Shown one piece after another: positions 1 to 12,700 of a stretch of DNA of 64,000 nucleotides. Every line of letters begins with the position of its first letter. The first letter of the stretch is position 1. The notes under the pieces are model-generated. The model saw only the letters and a program-made list of their open reading frames with translations. It searched no databases and was not told the origin of the DNA. This DNA is from a virus, in IMG/VR virus record IMGVR_UViG_3300017986_004441, positions 1-64,000 of that record; one strand, 5' to 3'. Both the position numbers and the translations under genes were made by a program.

Positions 1-718
1 GCCGCCCCCCCCGCCGCCCCCACCCCCCCCGCCCCCCCCTCCCCCGCCTCCGCCCCCCCCACCCCCTCCACCACCGCCACCGCCACCCCCGCCCCCTCCG
101 CCTCCTCCACCACCGCCTCCTCCACCTCCACCGCCCCCACCGCCTCCTCCACCACCACCACCACAACCGTGCAGTCAGGCCTGTCGAGGAGGCACAGGTA
201 GCTATCAGCCGATAATTCCTCCAGATACTACAGGAGATATGTGTGAAGCTGGAGAAATGTGCTGTGATGGCACTGGAGGGATTCTGATTTGTGTCGATGA
301 CGACGGTGTAACCAGAGGTGTATGTTGTTGTGCTAGTCCTCCATACAAAGAAAATCCGGTAGAAGGGGAGATGGGATGCTATGGAGCTTGCTGTAGATGT
401 ACGGGAGGAACAGTTTGGGCGGATAGTGAGTTTAATGATCCTGGTAGTGCTTTAGCTCAATGCGAAGGAGAAAATGGAAAAGGTCAAAACCCGAGTTATT
501 GCGGTTGTGAAATAAGGGAATTAAATGGTGTGTGGCAATATTCAGGATTTGGAATTTCCTGTACAGATGGCGTACCGCAGAGCGAATGTAAGCAAGAAAA
601 TTATCCGGATGCTGTATGGATCGGTTTTACGCAGGATGCATTGTGTTCAGATGTAGATGGAAGTTGCGGCTATAATGCTATAAACTCCTTATCTATAAAC
701 AATAATTACATACCCTAA
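1..718 (+). CDS. 3' part of a poly-Pro / Cys-rich protein (starts upstream of the window), probable virion/tail-associated protein
   Basis: The frame starting at nt 2 is open: 54 consecutive Pro codons (2-163), then QPCSQACRGG..., continuous with the 239..718 ORF (Cys-rich, GACC-type motif). Stop at 716-718. Confidence 0.8.
   Translation, partial: PPPPPPPPPPPPPPPPPPPPPPPPPPPPPPPPPPPPPPPPPPPPPPPPPPPPPPQPCSQACRGGTGSYQPIIPPDTTGDMCEAGEMCCDGTGGILICVDDDGVTRGVCCCASPPYKENPVEGEMGCYGACCRCTGGTVWADSEFNDPGSALAQCEGENGKGQNPSYCGCEIRELNGVWQYSGFGISCTDGVPQSECKQENYPDAVWIGFTQDALCSDVDGSCGYNAINSLSINNNYIP
2..163 (+). repeat. Poly-proline coding tract (at least 54 CCN codons)
   Basis: Read codon by codon; all four Pro codons are used. 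Confidence 0.95.
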
Positions 719-724
719 AGAATA

Positions 725-735
725 GTGTATAATAA
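725..735 (+). promoter_or_regulatory. GTGTAT(A/T) motif, candidate phage late promoter
   Basis: GTGTATAATAA directly after the stop of the first gene; the same core occurs in every long + strand intergenic gap. Confidence 0.5.
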
Positions 736-777
736 AAGTACTCATTATAGACTCATTTTTAAATATAAATTATACTT

Positions 778-840
778 ATGATCATCAATGGATTTAGATA
801 TTCTACGCAGTTATTAGTATCTACTAAACTTGAAAAATAG
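778..840 (+). CDS. Possible 20-aa minigene (MIINGFRYSTQLLVSTKLEK)
   Basis: ATG at 778 to TAG at 838-840, filling the space between two GTGTAT motifs. No clear Shine-Dalgarno. Confidence 0.2.
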   Translation: MIINGFRYSTQLLVSTKLEK

Positions 841-850
841 TGTATTAATA
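840..850 (+). promoter_or_regulatory. GTGTAT motif, candidate late promoter
   Basis: GTGTATTAATA begins 47 nt before ATG 887. Confidence 0.6.
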
Positions 851-886
851 AGTAAAGGCCCACCATTACTAAAAGATCTATAAAAT

Positions 887-3622
887 ATGCCCAAATACAT
901 ATCAGAAAACGGCCAACTTTATATACTTTACGACAATTGTGAAGAATATATTCATCTTGGACCAGATCCTCAATATGAAAATTCTCATGCTGGTCCTGTC
1001 TTTAGGGATATTGAATTATCTGCTTGTTGCGAAGGTACTATTCTTGATAAGGTACCACTGACTCCTACGCCTACAATGACTGTCAGTCCAAGTATTACTC
1101 CTTCTTTGTCTCCGACCGTTACTATTTCAGTCACCCCTTCTGTTACTCCTACTATCTCTAATTCTGCAACTCCTACACCAACAGTCTCTATTACTAGCAC
1201 TAATACTCCCACTCCGTCTATTACTGCTACTTCTACTCCCACAGTCACTCCGAGTACTTCGAATACTCCTAGTATCACCCCATCTTCTTCTGTTACGCCT
1301 ACCCTTACTCCGACCATTAGTATAAGCGCAACTACTACTCCGACTTTAACACCCACCGCGACCACTACTCCTACACTCACTCCTACGATTAGTATAACCC
1401 CAAGTAATACACCAACAGTATCGGTCTCTCCCTCAGCGACACCAAGCGCAACACCGACACTTACACCAACACCAACTTCTTTATTTGACAATCCTAAGGT
1501 TGATGTGATTTATTTGACTGATGAAAATGGTAATCCATATGAGCTTTTTAGTATTGATTACAATCCAAACAACGCAAATATACTAGCTGTCGCAGTACCG
1601 AGAAGTAATTATACGCACAACATCATAAGCCATGAAATACCAGGATATCCTTCAGATCAATACTATACAGAAGGCAATATGCTTGTTGCAACCGACTCTT
1701 ACTTTGCTAGTTTTATATACAAACAGAAGATAGTAGAGACTATAGCAAACACTAGCTCTTGGAACTATGATAAATACCCAGCTAATAGAGTATCTAGTGT
1801 GTATTTCGACAACACACTGAATAGATGGTTTGTTGGATGTCAGGTAATAGATGGTGAGAATTTAATTTTCTTGTATGGACACAATAATGGTGGTTTTGAT
1901 AGATTCTTCATTGGTGGCAATTCATCATTAGCAGTTAATGATAGTGACCAAGTAATAAATGGATTATCTTGCGGTCCTACAAAAATATTTAGCGTGGATA
2001 ATAGTGTTTATCTAGCTAATTCTGATATGATATATATGCTATTAACCACTGATACCACACCAGACCCTAATACGTCAACCATCAATTATACGCATAAATT
2101 CTTTGCCCACAAATGTAAAGATATCACCAATTGTGGAATCGAAAGAGACATACCAGATGATACAGCAAAGTTTTATCATAATCTACCGACCATAGTACAT
2201 AATGCAAATGCACCAAATCAAGACATCAACATACTGTATAACCCTATACCTCTACTAGAAAACCATATTGATTCGCAACCGCATTTTTGCGACACATCCT
2301 CTTTTTATCGTGGATACAATCTAACATCATATGATTTAAGTGTAGATGTTTCTTTTGCGTTGATACAGTCCCATGCAGAAATATTATTCACATTTAATAA
2401 AAATATTCCTATAGATATCAATAATGTCTCCGTCAAGAGAAATAATCAATATATAAGTCCACTATCATTCATTTTTGATGGTTCTAGCAACACATATACA
2501 CTCAATTTTAGAGATGACGAATTATTAGATAAGGCACTCAGAGACAAGACTATTCCATATTGGCTAGAGATAAGATTAAATGATTCTAATCTACCATCAG
2601 AATTGAATATTCCTCTATATAATGCAGATCTTGGTTTCGGTATAAATCATTTTGAGTTTGACAACAACAAAAATAAACAGGCTGACACCCTGACATTTAT
2701 AGCCAATCCACAAAATCAGAATAGTGCTATCGACGAGACATATAAATATTATGCAAGCAGTAGCAGCAATTGTGATACTGGATATATTTATAGGATCACC
2801 AACAGCAATATGACTGATCAGCTCATGTGCTTACCATTACCTGGCTCTCATGAATATTCATCCATCAAGTCTGTTCTTGCATATGGCCAGTGGATATATA
2901 CTCTGCTACAAATTGAGCCCGACCCTCTGACAACACCAGCTGCTGATGGTGTGTTTCATTATAATCTCTACAGAGCCCCTTTGAATAATCCAGCCTCTAA
3001 TGAGTTAATGCTGTACAATATACAGGCAAGAAGATATTTTAGAGATGCTGAATATGTGCCAAGCACATGGACAAACACCTGCATGATAGATTCTCAGTAT
3101 ATTATTGTTGGCATCCCTAACAGCAATACTATTTTGAAAATAAATTACAACGCCCTTCCTTCTATGCTTTCTAGTCCTATAGCATTACCATTATCATACA
3201 CAGGAGAGCCGATAATTAACATTCCTGGAGATGTTGATGATAGAGCATGTCTATTGGAGTATGATTTATTGAATTGTAATCCTTGCATATTTGGTTCATC
3301 TGACATATTAACTGGTCAATGTTCAGATATAACTATAAATGGATTTAAAATCACCTATACAGGATTTAAGGCCAATAGATCCTATTTTATTTTAGAGCCA
3401 TTATCTGACTCTCTTAATGGTCTCATAGAGGGTGAGCCAATAACCCTGTCCATGACTCATACAAATCTTAATATTAATGAGGCTTATATTTCTTACATAT
3501 CTAGATCCAAAGGCTTTATGATTATCCAATGTTCTTCTCGAGGTCTGGAAAATGAGCTGGGTTATGGGTGTAATACGGTTACTATTTCAAAAAGCAATAC
3601 TCGCAGCGATTTTATACCGTAA
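887..3622 (+). CDS. Thr/Ser-Pro repeat protein with beta-rich C-terminal region, putative virion protein
   Basis: 911-aa ORF: short Cys-containing N-terminus, about 140 aa of TPT/TPS repeats, then a beta-strand-rich region. No signal peptide is evident. Confidence 0.75.
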   Translation: MPKYISENGQLYILYDNCEEYIHLGPDPQYENSHAGPVFRDIELSACCEGTILDKVPLTPTPTMTVSPSITPSLSPTVTISVTPSVTPTISNSATPTPTVSITSTNTPTPSITATSTPTVTPSTSNTPSITPSSSVTPTLTPTISISATTTPTLTPTATTTPTLTPTISITPSNTPTVSVSPSATPSATPTLTPTPTSLFDNPKVDVIYLTDENGNPYELFSIDYNPNNANILAVAVPRSNYTHNIISHEIPGYPSDQYYTEGNMLVATDSYFASFIYKQKIVETIANTSSWNYDKYPANRVSSVYFDNTLNRWFVGCQVIDGENLIFLYGHNNGGFDRFFIGGNSSLAVNDSDQVINGLSCGPTKIFSVDNSVYLANSDMIYMLLTTDTTPDPNTSTINYTHKFFAHKCKDITNCGIERDIPDDTAKFYHNLPTIVHNANAPNQDINILYNPIPLLENHIDSQPHFCDTSSFYRGYNLTSYDLSVDVSFALIQSHAEILFTFNKNIPIDINNVSVKRNNQYISPLSFIFDGSSNTYTLNFRDDELLDKALRDKTIPYWLEIRLNDSNLPSELNIPLYNADLGFGINHFEFDNNKNKQADTLTFIANPQNQNSAIDETYKYYASSSSNCDTGYIYRITNSNMTDQLMCLPLPGSHEYSSIKSVLAYGQWIYTLLQIEPDPLTTPAADGVFHYNLYRAPLNNPASNELMLYNIQARRYFRDAEYVPSTWTNTCMIDSQYIIVGIPNSNTILKINYNALPSMLSSPIALPLSYTGEPIINIPGDVDDRACLLEYDLLNCNPCIFGSSDILTGQCSDITINGFKITYTGFKANRSYFILEPLSDSLNGLIEGEPITLSMTHTNLNINEAYISYISRSKGFMIIQCSSRGLENELGYGCNTVTISKSNTRSDFIP
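1054..1480 (+). repeat. Mucin-like Thr/Ser-Pro coding repeat
   Basis: Degenerate TPSVTPTIS-type units in the translation. Confidence 0.9.
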
Positions 3623-3624
3623 AA

Positions 3625-3635
3625 GTGTATAACTA
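3625..3635 (+). promoter_or_regulatory. GTGTAT motif, candidate late promoter
   Basis: GTGTATAACTA begins 45 nt before ATG 3670. Confidence 0.6.
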
Positions 3636-3669
3636 TATTAAATAATGGACATTATCTATATGGAAAAAT

Positions 3670-6600
3670 ATGAGTAATTACGATATCCCAACCAAAAAAT
3701 GGTTCAAAAAATTTGATACGCAGGTTTCTGCACAATCAGACAAAACGTATGTTATTCGACTAACAGAAGATTGTGTTAATCAACTTAAAAGTCTAGATGA
3801 TATACAAGAAGTAGTGGGGCCTAATTATATACCGATCAAATGCCTTGGTATGCCAGGCATGGTTTTGGTTGGATGTTCTGGATCTCATGATATACAAACG
3901 CTATCAAAAAATAAAAACATAGCTTCGATAGATAATAATAGAACTTTCTTTATGTATGCACAACCCAATGATTCTCGCTATGGCGATAGTGGACATTGGG
4001 GTATGAATAGTAGCAAGGGCTCTTATCATATTAATGTAGAAGATGTATGGGATTCTTTTACAGGAGATGCCAATATTGTTGTTGGTGTTGTTGATACTGG
4101 TATCAACTATAATCATCCAGACCTAAAAGATAATGTTTGGATCAATCCTAACGAAACAAGCAATGGACTAGATGACGACAATAACGGATATGTAGATGAT
4201 ATTCATGGCATGAATGCTATTAATGGTACAGGAAATCCTAATGACGATGAAAGTCATGGCAGTCACTGTGCTGGAACGATAGGTGCTGTTGGCAATAATG
4301 GGCAAGGCGTAGCAGGAGTTAATTGGACAGTTAAAATGTTTGGTGCTAAATTTTTAAGCAATACTGGTAGTGGTTCATACGCTGACGCAATAGAGGCCGT
4401 TAATTATTGCACTACTCTAAAGCAGGCTGGAGTGAATATAAAATGCTTAAACCATAGTTGGGGTGGGCCGATCGATCCTGCTTCAGAAGTAGCTATGAAA
4501 GCTGCATTTAAGGCATGTTACCAGGCTGGTATTATGCATATTATGGCAGCTGGTAATAATGCAACCAATAATGACGCCATCCCACGCAGCCCATCTTATA
4601 TGAGTCCAGCAGATCTGGGTGGAGAAGGGACTATTGTTGTCGGTTCTCATACGGTTTCTGGCAATAGTTCTAGTTTTAGTAATTATGGAGCTAATACTGT
4701 AGATATATTTGCTCCTGGTAGCAATGTTATTAGTACTGTTTTGGGCAGTAGTTATGGAGCCAAAAGCGGGACTAGTATGGCTACACCACATGTGTGCGGA
4801 GCATTTGCTCTATTATGCGGTCTACATCCGAATAAGTCGATTGATGAAATTAGAACAGGCCTTTTAGCTGGAGCTAAAAAACTTAGTAATTTTACTGGAA
4901 GATGTGTAACCGGAGGAATATTGGATGTTAAGCAGGCGCATCAGATACTTTCTGGAACTCCGTCGCCACCCCCACCTCCTCCTCCTGGCCCACCCCCACC
5001 TCCTCCTCCTGGCCCACCTCCACCTCCTCCTCCTCCGGGCCCACCTCCACCTCCTCCTCCTCCGGGCCCACCTCCACCTCCACCTCCGCCGCAGCCTACC
5101 CCAACTCCTAGTCCAACGAGCAAACCAGATACTAATTATGGAGGTAGCGGACCATGCGGATCTGATTATATCCTAAATATTTTACCCAATTCTCTATATG
5201 AAGACACGGGCAAAAAAATATGTTTTCGTATTGGTGGCAGACAATGCTGTATTATTAATGGTGTGATTAGATATAGCTGGCCGACTTGCTCAATACTTAA
5301 AGAGCCCACTCCTACACCAACGATGACCCCAACCGCTAGTCCCACCCCTACCTTGACACCAACTATTACTCCTTCTATCAGTGTAACACCAAGTGTCACA
5401 CCAAGCGTAAGCATAACGGCTACTTGTACCCCTAGTCCAACAGTCACTACAACCCCTAGTATTACGCCTAGTGTTACTCCCACTATCAGCCTGACTCCAA
5501 GCGTGACTCCTACTATAAGCCAGACCCCCACCACAACTCCCTCCGTTACACCCACAATAAGCGTTACCCCTAGCGTAACACCAACGATAAGCGTTACACC
5601 AAGTATTACTCCTACTATTAGCGTTACTCCTAGCTTAACCCCTACTATTAGCGTCACCCCAACCATTACTCCGCCCGTTACAGCAAGCCCAACACCAACC
5701 ATCAGCATCACACCTACGATTTCTGTAACACCGAGTATTACTCCGTCAAATACTCCGACAATATCAGTAACACCGAGTATTACTCCGACTACAACCCCCT
5801 CCTATTCTCCTACGGTAACGCCAACGGCTACGCCCACAGTTACCCCAACGCTTAGTCTAACAGCAGCAATTGAACTTAGTAAGGTTGAACAAATAGATGA
5901 TACTGTTAATTATAGAGGTTGGGATATTATAAAACATCCTAATAAAAATATTGTGTTTACTGTTGATACTAGTATGGGTATCAATATGCATTCTTACAAT
6001 AGCTATTACCCCAGACTATTGTCCTTTATACCTTTACCAAAATATGTTTTCGGAATAGATTTAAATATAACGAGTAATGTTTTAGCCGTTGCGAATTATG
6101 CTTATGGTGTACAGTTGATAGGGTTCGATCTTAATCATCTAAAAGGAGGTATGCAATATCTCAATAGGTTCACGGCCAATCAAATTAGAGCAGGCATTCC
6201 TGGATATAGTGGATCAATAGATATTAGGGACATTAAGTTTGTTTCTGTTCCGGAGGGCGGTGAAAATAAATCATATCTCTACGCTACAGATCTATACTAT
6301 GGTTTGCTTACACTAGAATTATCTGGTAATGATATCACACTTCTTGCACATAATAAATATAATCATCCAGATTATCCTCCGACAGACACAAGAAATTATT
6401 CGTTTTCTAGATTTTGGGAGCTGGTAGTATCTGCTGATCAAAACTATTTATTTGCTGGATGTTTTGAAAATATATTGGTGATATATGATATTACCAACAA
6501 GACATCCCCTGTAGAAATTGCTGCTATAGACCTGCTGCCAGCCGAAAGAAAGGCTGGGGGAATATATGACATTTTGCAAGATCCTTATAATTCAGATTTG

Positions 6601-6774
6601 CTTTATGTGTCTATGAGCACAAGGGGATTATTTATAATAGACATAGCCAACCCATCAAGTCCTATAATTTTGTCACATTTACCACTTTATTCATCAGCTA
6701 CGCCGGGAACGCTTGAAAGAACTTTGACTTTGCATGGCATAGTACCAAAAGCACCCCCACCAAGTGAGGACTAA
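3670..6774 (+). CDS. Subtilisin-like S8 serine protease + poly-Pro + Thr-Pro linker + LVIVD-type beta-propeller
   Basis: Triad motifs [24 protein letters not shown] and oxyanion AAGN. (PnG) repeats and TPS repeats follow. Blades include [22 protein letters not shown] and [12 protein letters not shown]. Confidence 0.9.
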   Translation: MSNYDIPTKKWFKKFDTQVSAQSDKTYVIRLTEDCVNQLKSLDDIQEVVGPNYIPIKCLGMPGMVLVGCSGSHDIQTLSKNKNIASIDNNRTFFMYAQPNDSRYGDSGHWGMNSSKGSYHINVEDVWDSFTGDANIVVGVVDTGINYNHPDLKDNVWINPNETSNGLDDDNNGYVDDIHGMNAINGTGNPNDDESHGSHCAGTIGAVGNNGQGVAGVNWTVKMFGAKFLSNTGSGSYADAIEAVNYCTTLKQAGVNIKCLNHSWGGPIDPASEVAMKAAFKACYQAGIMHIMAAGNNATNNDAIPRSPSYMSPADLGGEGTIVVGSHTVSGNSSSFSNYGANTVDIFAPGSNVISTVLGSSYGAKSGTSMATPHVCGAFALLCGLHPNKSIDEIRTGLLAGAKKLSNFTGRCVTGGILDVKQAHQILSGTPSPPPPPPPGPPPPPPPGPPPPPPPPGPPPPPPPPGPPPPPPPPQPTPTPSPTSKPDTNYGGSGPCGSDYILNILPNSLYEDTGKKICFRIGGRQCCIINGVIRYSWPTCSILKEPTPTPTMTPTASPTPTLTPTITPSISVTPSVTPSVSITATCTPSPTVTTTPSITPSVTPTISLTPSVTPTISQTPTTTPSVTPTISVTPSVTPTISVTPSITPTISVTPSLTPTISVTPTITPPVTASPTPTISITPTISVTPSITPSNTPTISVTPSITPTTTPSYSPTVTPTATPTVTPTLSLTAAIELSKVEQIDDTVNYRGWDIIKHPNKNIVFTVDTSMGINMHSYNSYYPRLLSFIPLPKYVFGIDLNITSNVLAVANYAYGVQLIGFDLNHLKGGMQYLNRFTANQIRAGIPGYSGSIDIRDIKFVSVPEGGENKSYLYATDLYYGLLTLELSGNDITLLAHNKYNHPDYPPTDTRNYSFSRFWELVVSADQNYLFAGCFENILVIYDITNKTSPVEIAAIDLLPAERKAGGIYDILQDPYNSDLLYVSMSTRGLFIIDIANPSSPIILSHLPLYSSATPGTLERTLTLHGIVPKAPPPSED

Positions 6775-6779
6775 AAGAT

Positions 6780-9700
6780 ATGAGTTATGATTATAATGTA
6801 CCACAAGAGTCTTCTTTTGAGATCAACAATAATATTTCTCAGGCAATAACCGGATCTGAGAGTAAATATATCATTAGACTAAAGCCTGAATTTGTTAATG
6901 CATCAACCAGAGTTTCCGATGTACAAAACATAATAGGTGCTAATTATGAGGTTGTGCGTGGTCTAGGTTTGCCTGGCATGTATTCAATTATTCAGGTATC
7001 CTCCAATTCTCCCAATAATATCACCAATAATCCTGCCATAGAATATTATGAGACTGATAGGCTCGTAAGTCTTGATCCTCAGAATGCACAGGTCAATACG
7101 CTGACTAACGACGATCTTTGGGATGAACTATGGGGTTTGAATCCATTACAGTCTGCTTTTCATATTAATGTTGAAAGACTTTGGAACCAAGGACATACCG
7201 GATCAAGAAATGTTCTTGTTGCCGTAATTGATACCGGTGCAGATAGTGATCATGTTGACTTGGTAGATAATTTAAGATGGGATTTGAGCTATGATTCTAC
7301 GGGTAAAGGAACTGCTGAAGATGGCCATAATCACGGTACCCATTGTGCTGGTACCATTGGGGCTACTGGAAATAATAATATTGGCGTAGTTGGAGTAAAT
7401 CATCAGGTCGGAATCATACCACTTAAGGGACTAAGTGATGGGGGCAGCGGGACGATATCCACGTTAGTAGCATGTATGAACAGGGCTACGTTCTATAAAA
7501 CTCAAGGCCATAATGTTGTTGTCACAAGTAATAGTTGGGGCGGCGGCCCACCTGATGCTTCTATACAAACTGCAATAGAAGCAGCCTATAGGCAAAACAT
7601 AGTCACGGTTGCAGCGGCGGGCAATGACACCGACGACTGCGATTCTCGTAATTGTTCATGGAATTATGCGATAAATGGACTTATCGTAGTTGCTGCCATG
7701 GATCGCAACGGGCAAGCAGCCTATTTTAGCAGTTTTGGCAGCAGAAATGTAGATATAGCTGCACCAGGAGGTGCTGGCTGGCGGGCTGGTAACGCTGGGA
7801 ATATTTGGAGTACTATTACTGGCAATCAATATGATTCTTATCCTGGAACCAGCATGGCATGTCCTCATGTTGCTGGTGCTGTAGGATTATTGGCTAGTAT
7901 GTTTCCTTCGGCTAGTGCTGAAGACCTTATAAATGCAATTTTAGATAGCGCTGCTCCTACTACAGATTTTGGGCTTTCGGGCAGAGCTCCGGTTTCTTCT
8001 CGTGGCAGGCTTGATGTTTTTGCGGCTTCTCAGAGACTCGGATCTCCTTCGCCTCCGCCACCTCCAGGACCCCCACCCCCTCCTCCACCGCCTCCTCCAC
8101 CTCCACCTCCACCGCCTCCTCCACCGCCTCCTTCGCCGTCTCTATGGACTCAACTTGGAGATGACATTGATGGAGAAAATTCTGGTGACTGGAGTGGTAC
8201 AAGTGTAAGTCTTAGTAGTGATGGACTTACTGTTGCTATTGGCGCTCCTTGGAATATGGGAAAAGGAGATGACCCTTGGAATATTTATACTGGACATGTT
8301 AGGGTTTATAATTATAATGGTTCAAGTTGGGTTCAAAAAGGCTCCGACATAGATAACGAATTCCGTTATGGCGAAAGTGGCTATAGTGTAAGCCTTAGTG
8401 GTGACGGTAATACTGTTGCTATCGGCGCACCCAGTGCCACCGCGCCCCTCGCGGATGGTATTAAAAAGGGTCTGGTTAGAATTTACCGTTGGACCGGCTC
8501 AAGCTGGAACATGGTAGGTGATTGGATATGGGGCCAAGAGACCGGGGGCCGAAGTGGTTGGAGTGTAAGTCTTAGTGATGATGGAAATACTGTTGCTATA
8601 GGTGCTCCTTATTCATGGTCACACGATTCCCCTAATAGCTATACTAGGGTTTATAATTATAATGGCGGAATATGGTGGGAACAACTAGGTCAAGATATAG
8701 AAGAAACTGGCTATAGTGGTAATAGTGTAAGTCTTAGTGGTGATGGACTTACTGTTGCTATAGGTGCTAAGTTTGGTGATGGAAAAAATGGAGTTGATTC
8801 TGGTTTTGTTGGCGTTTATAATTATAATGGTACAATTTGGATTAAAAAGGGTCAAAATATTGATGGCGAAGCAGAGCGTGATCATAGTGGTAAAAGTGTA
8901 AGTCTTAGTAATGATGGAAATACTGTTGCTATAGGTGCTCATACTAATGATGGAATAAATGGAACTAATTCTGGACACGTTAGAGTTTATAATTGGAATG
9001 GTTCAAGTTGGACTCAAAAGGGTTCTGATATTGATGGAGAAGCACCTCGTGATCAAAGTGGTTGGAGTGTAAGCCTTAGTAGTGACGGTAATACTGTTGC
9101 TATAGGTTCTATTTGGGGTGGAGAGCTACCTTATGCTGCTTATGCTGGACATGTTAGAGTTTACAATTATAATGGTTCAAATTGGATTCAATTAGGTCAA
9201 GATATAGAGGGTGAAGCACTTTATGACTATAGTGGTTATAGTGTAAGTCTTAGTGGTGATGGAAATATTGTTGCCATAGGTGCTCCTTACAATGATGGAA
9301 TAAATGGAAGTAATTCTGGGCACGTTAGGGTTTATACATCCGGAAACGGGACACCTCCACCTCCTCCACCCCCAGGATCTCCACCGCCACCTCCTCCACC
9401 CCCAGGATCTCCACCGCCACCTCCTCCACCCCCAGGATCTCCACCGCCCGCTCCGTCATATGGCACTGTGTCTTATATTAAAACTCTTGCTACTGGAAAC
9501 ATAGGTAACAATCAGACCAAAGAGTTTAACAATATTAACATAGGAATTCCTTCTGATGCTAGAAGGTTGGTTATTTTTGGATATGTCGATTATTTTGCTC
9601 CTGGTTATATAAAAACAGAGTTCAAGGCTAATGTTAATGGAGTGGACTATAATTTTACTAGATATGGCAACCTTGCCTATGATCGCTATCTCAGCACAGA

Positions 9701-12700
9701 TTTTAACCCTTATTATGGAAGATATGAAATTTATGTATCAGATATTATATCTGTGGGCACAACTGCTAATATCAGTTTTATTAATGGTTCTAATGGTGTC
9801 TATACCTACACCAATAATTTTGTATTGTTAAACACATATGGATATGAACATACTGTCAGTATACAAAATTCTGATATTGCCAGCATTACTACGTCCGTAT
9901 CTGATAATGATCTATTGTTATTATTTGCTAGAAATCCACAGTATGCTACCACAAGCCCTGGTATTAATCCTGCCAGTATTGTGAACAATTATACATATAA
10001 AGCACTGTCTGGCGGCTGCGCACACGCTTGGCATAAACACTCTGGCGCCGCAACAAATCTTACATTTAGCACTACTGGTGCAAATTTTGTTCGCAAAATG
10101 ACAAACGTCAAATTAACAATGTTGCCTCCACCTCCTCCACCACCACCTCCACCGCCGCCACCTCCTCCACCAGCGTCTCATCCGGGTTCTATGCAACAAG
10201 TTTATGCTCATAATTATAATGGAGAAATATTTGCAATTAATGTTAAAGATAAAAATAATCCGTATGTTGTGAAAAATACAGATGGTAGCTTTAGAGGATA
10301 CAAAGGAGAAAGTGGCGGTATTTCTAAAATATATAGCTGGCCTCAGAGCGCAACATCTAATGATGATTATTTTTGGGGCACTAATTTTCACAATGGAACG
10401 TATGGTTTTGGTATTTTATATAATGATGCTGATGACATTTTTCAGTTTGGTTTAAAACTATTAGATGTTAAGCTTTATTATTTAAAAATAGTTTTTAATC
10501 AAGCCGTAACGAATTTTGCCCATTATGTTCAACAAAGATCTGATATTAGGCTTTCTTACGACATTAATGCTACGGAAAATGAGGCTGGCTCCGGTAGCAA
10601 ATTTTTAACGTTAAATAACGTAGAATTGTGTCCTGTTATAGATGAAGATGGATATACCAGAGAGTTTATACTGTCTACTACTACTAAAATACCCAATTAC
10701 TTTAGTCCTATGGGCTGGTATGCACGATGTGCTACTGATAGTAGTGTTAATGATATATTTGCTACGGAAAACGAATGTGATAATTATATAGCTACTATTA
10801 GAAATAACGGCCAATGTCCAGATAGCGGTAGTAATATAAATGCTACAAAAATTAGCTATAATCTTAATGATACCAATCCTTATTACACCTCATTACCATA
10901 TGCATTTGTACAACAAGATAGAAAAGATTTTTATCTTAAAATCCTACCCAACGGTTATGGCGGCACTATCGCTAATGCAAAGAGACCTTTTTATAAACTC
11001 AAAGAGCCTTTGGAATATAAAGAGATTGATCAATTTAGATATTATCACGTTGCTGCTGGATATAATGATCCTACTAAAAGAGGATTTGCTAGTATCCCTA
11101 AAACTACTGGAGGAGGATTGGGCCGTCCAGCAACGGTGGGGGCTTGTTCTGCAAGACCAGAAGTTGGAGCTATGACTAACGGTAGAATATCATCGTCTAT
11201 ACTTTATGATAGTGCGGTTAAGGTGGTTGCTGGAAAATATCAAACAGTAGCTATAGACAGTGATGGCGATGCTTATTATACTGGCAATAGAAACTATGGA
11301 CCACTTGATGCTCAGGGAGAGTTTATTAATGCAACTGGTGGAACTATTACAATAGATGGTCAATATAAAATTCACACTTTCACAGGCAATGGAACGTTTA
11401 CTATCAATAAGCTTCCATCAAATTCTGAATTTGAAATCCTTGTTGTTGCTGGCGGGGGTGGTGGAGGTACAGATACAAAAGCAGCAGGAGGCGGAGGTGG
11501 TGGTGGAGTTATACATAAGGAAAAAGTCATAATGCCTACCACCGGCAATTATACAATTAGAATCGGGGCAGGCGGATCTGCTGGAGCAAATGGTCAAGAT
11601 TCTTCTATTATTGGTAATGGATTATCTCATGTTGCCAAGGGGGGAGGAGGAGCTGGTCGCTCAGGTGGTTCTGGAGGAGGAGGCAATCAGCGTGGTAATG
11701 GTGGTAGCGAAACTCCTGGACAGGGATATCCTGGAGGCTCTGGTAAGCCTGGAGATAGCACTATTGCCGCAGGTGGAGGTGGCGGTGCTGGCGGCCCAGG
11801 AATTTGGGGAGATGGTAATGTGGCTTGGGACCCTTCGCGCAATACCGGCCCGGCATATCACATGAAAGGTGGTGACGGTGGATTGCCGTATCCTTGCAAC
11901 ATATCTGGAACTACTAAATATTACGCTGGCGGAGGCGGAGGAAGTCCTGAAAATTATGGATCATACCACATAAGAGGTCTTGGTGGCGGTGGCAGAGACA
12001 ATCACAAAGCAGGTAATCCAGCCGCACTTACTGGTCCGTGGGCTACAGAATTCTATAGAACCCAAAATCCAGATTATCGATGGCCTGCTTCTGGTGATGG
12101 CGGCGGGGCAGGAATAAGTGGTAAGCCAGGTTCAGCCAATGGGGCTAATGGATTACCAAATACCGGAGGAGGTGGCGGAGGAGCTAACGGTCGGGGCGGA
12201 AGTGGTATAGTGATTATAAAATATAAAACCCAGCAGACACTAGGCGATCAACACTTTTTTGAAAAAATTCCAGTATTTAAAAAACGACCATCGTTAACCC
12301 CTGGAGGTCCGGATGTTTATGCTCCAATAAGAGTAAACTTTGTAGATGCTGCTATTATGACCTATGATCATAAGGGAGCTAATACCTATAGCAATGATAC
12401 ATATTCAGTATTTTTATTAAGTGATGCTGGCGATCTATACGTTTTTGGACATAATTATGGACCATTTTGTATATCTTATGAAGATGCTGTACCTGGAGCC
12501 AAAATTATTAGTAGAAATAATACTTACCAATTTCCATTAAAGCATATACAGTCTATATCTGCTGGAGCCGATCATATCATAATCAATAGAAGGGGCGTCA
12601 TATATGGAATGGGCTCCAACACTAGAGGCCAGCTCGGTTTTGCTAATACTGTTAGTTATGTTCCTGAATTTACTGAACTGCAATTAACTGGATATTCTAA

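Noticed and set aside
985-1491. Antisense Val/Gly-rich ORFs (also 5166-5711, 16771-17007, 17545-17976, 19763-20032, 20807-21256) and poly-Gly ORFs (4941-5123, 38486-38755)
   Set aside because: They are mirror images of the Thr-Pro and poly-Pro codons on the coding strand; there is no independent evidence of coding.
8144-9448. CRISPR-like array
   Set aside because: The repeats are in-frame coding repeats (FG-GAP blades, Pro linker), not identical repeats with unique spacers. The Cas4-like nuclease has no cas neighbours.
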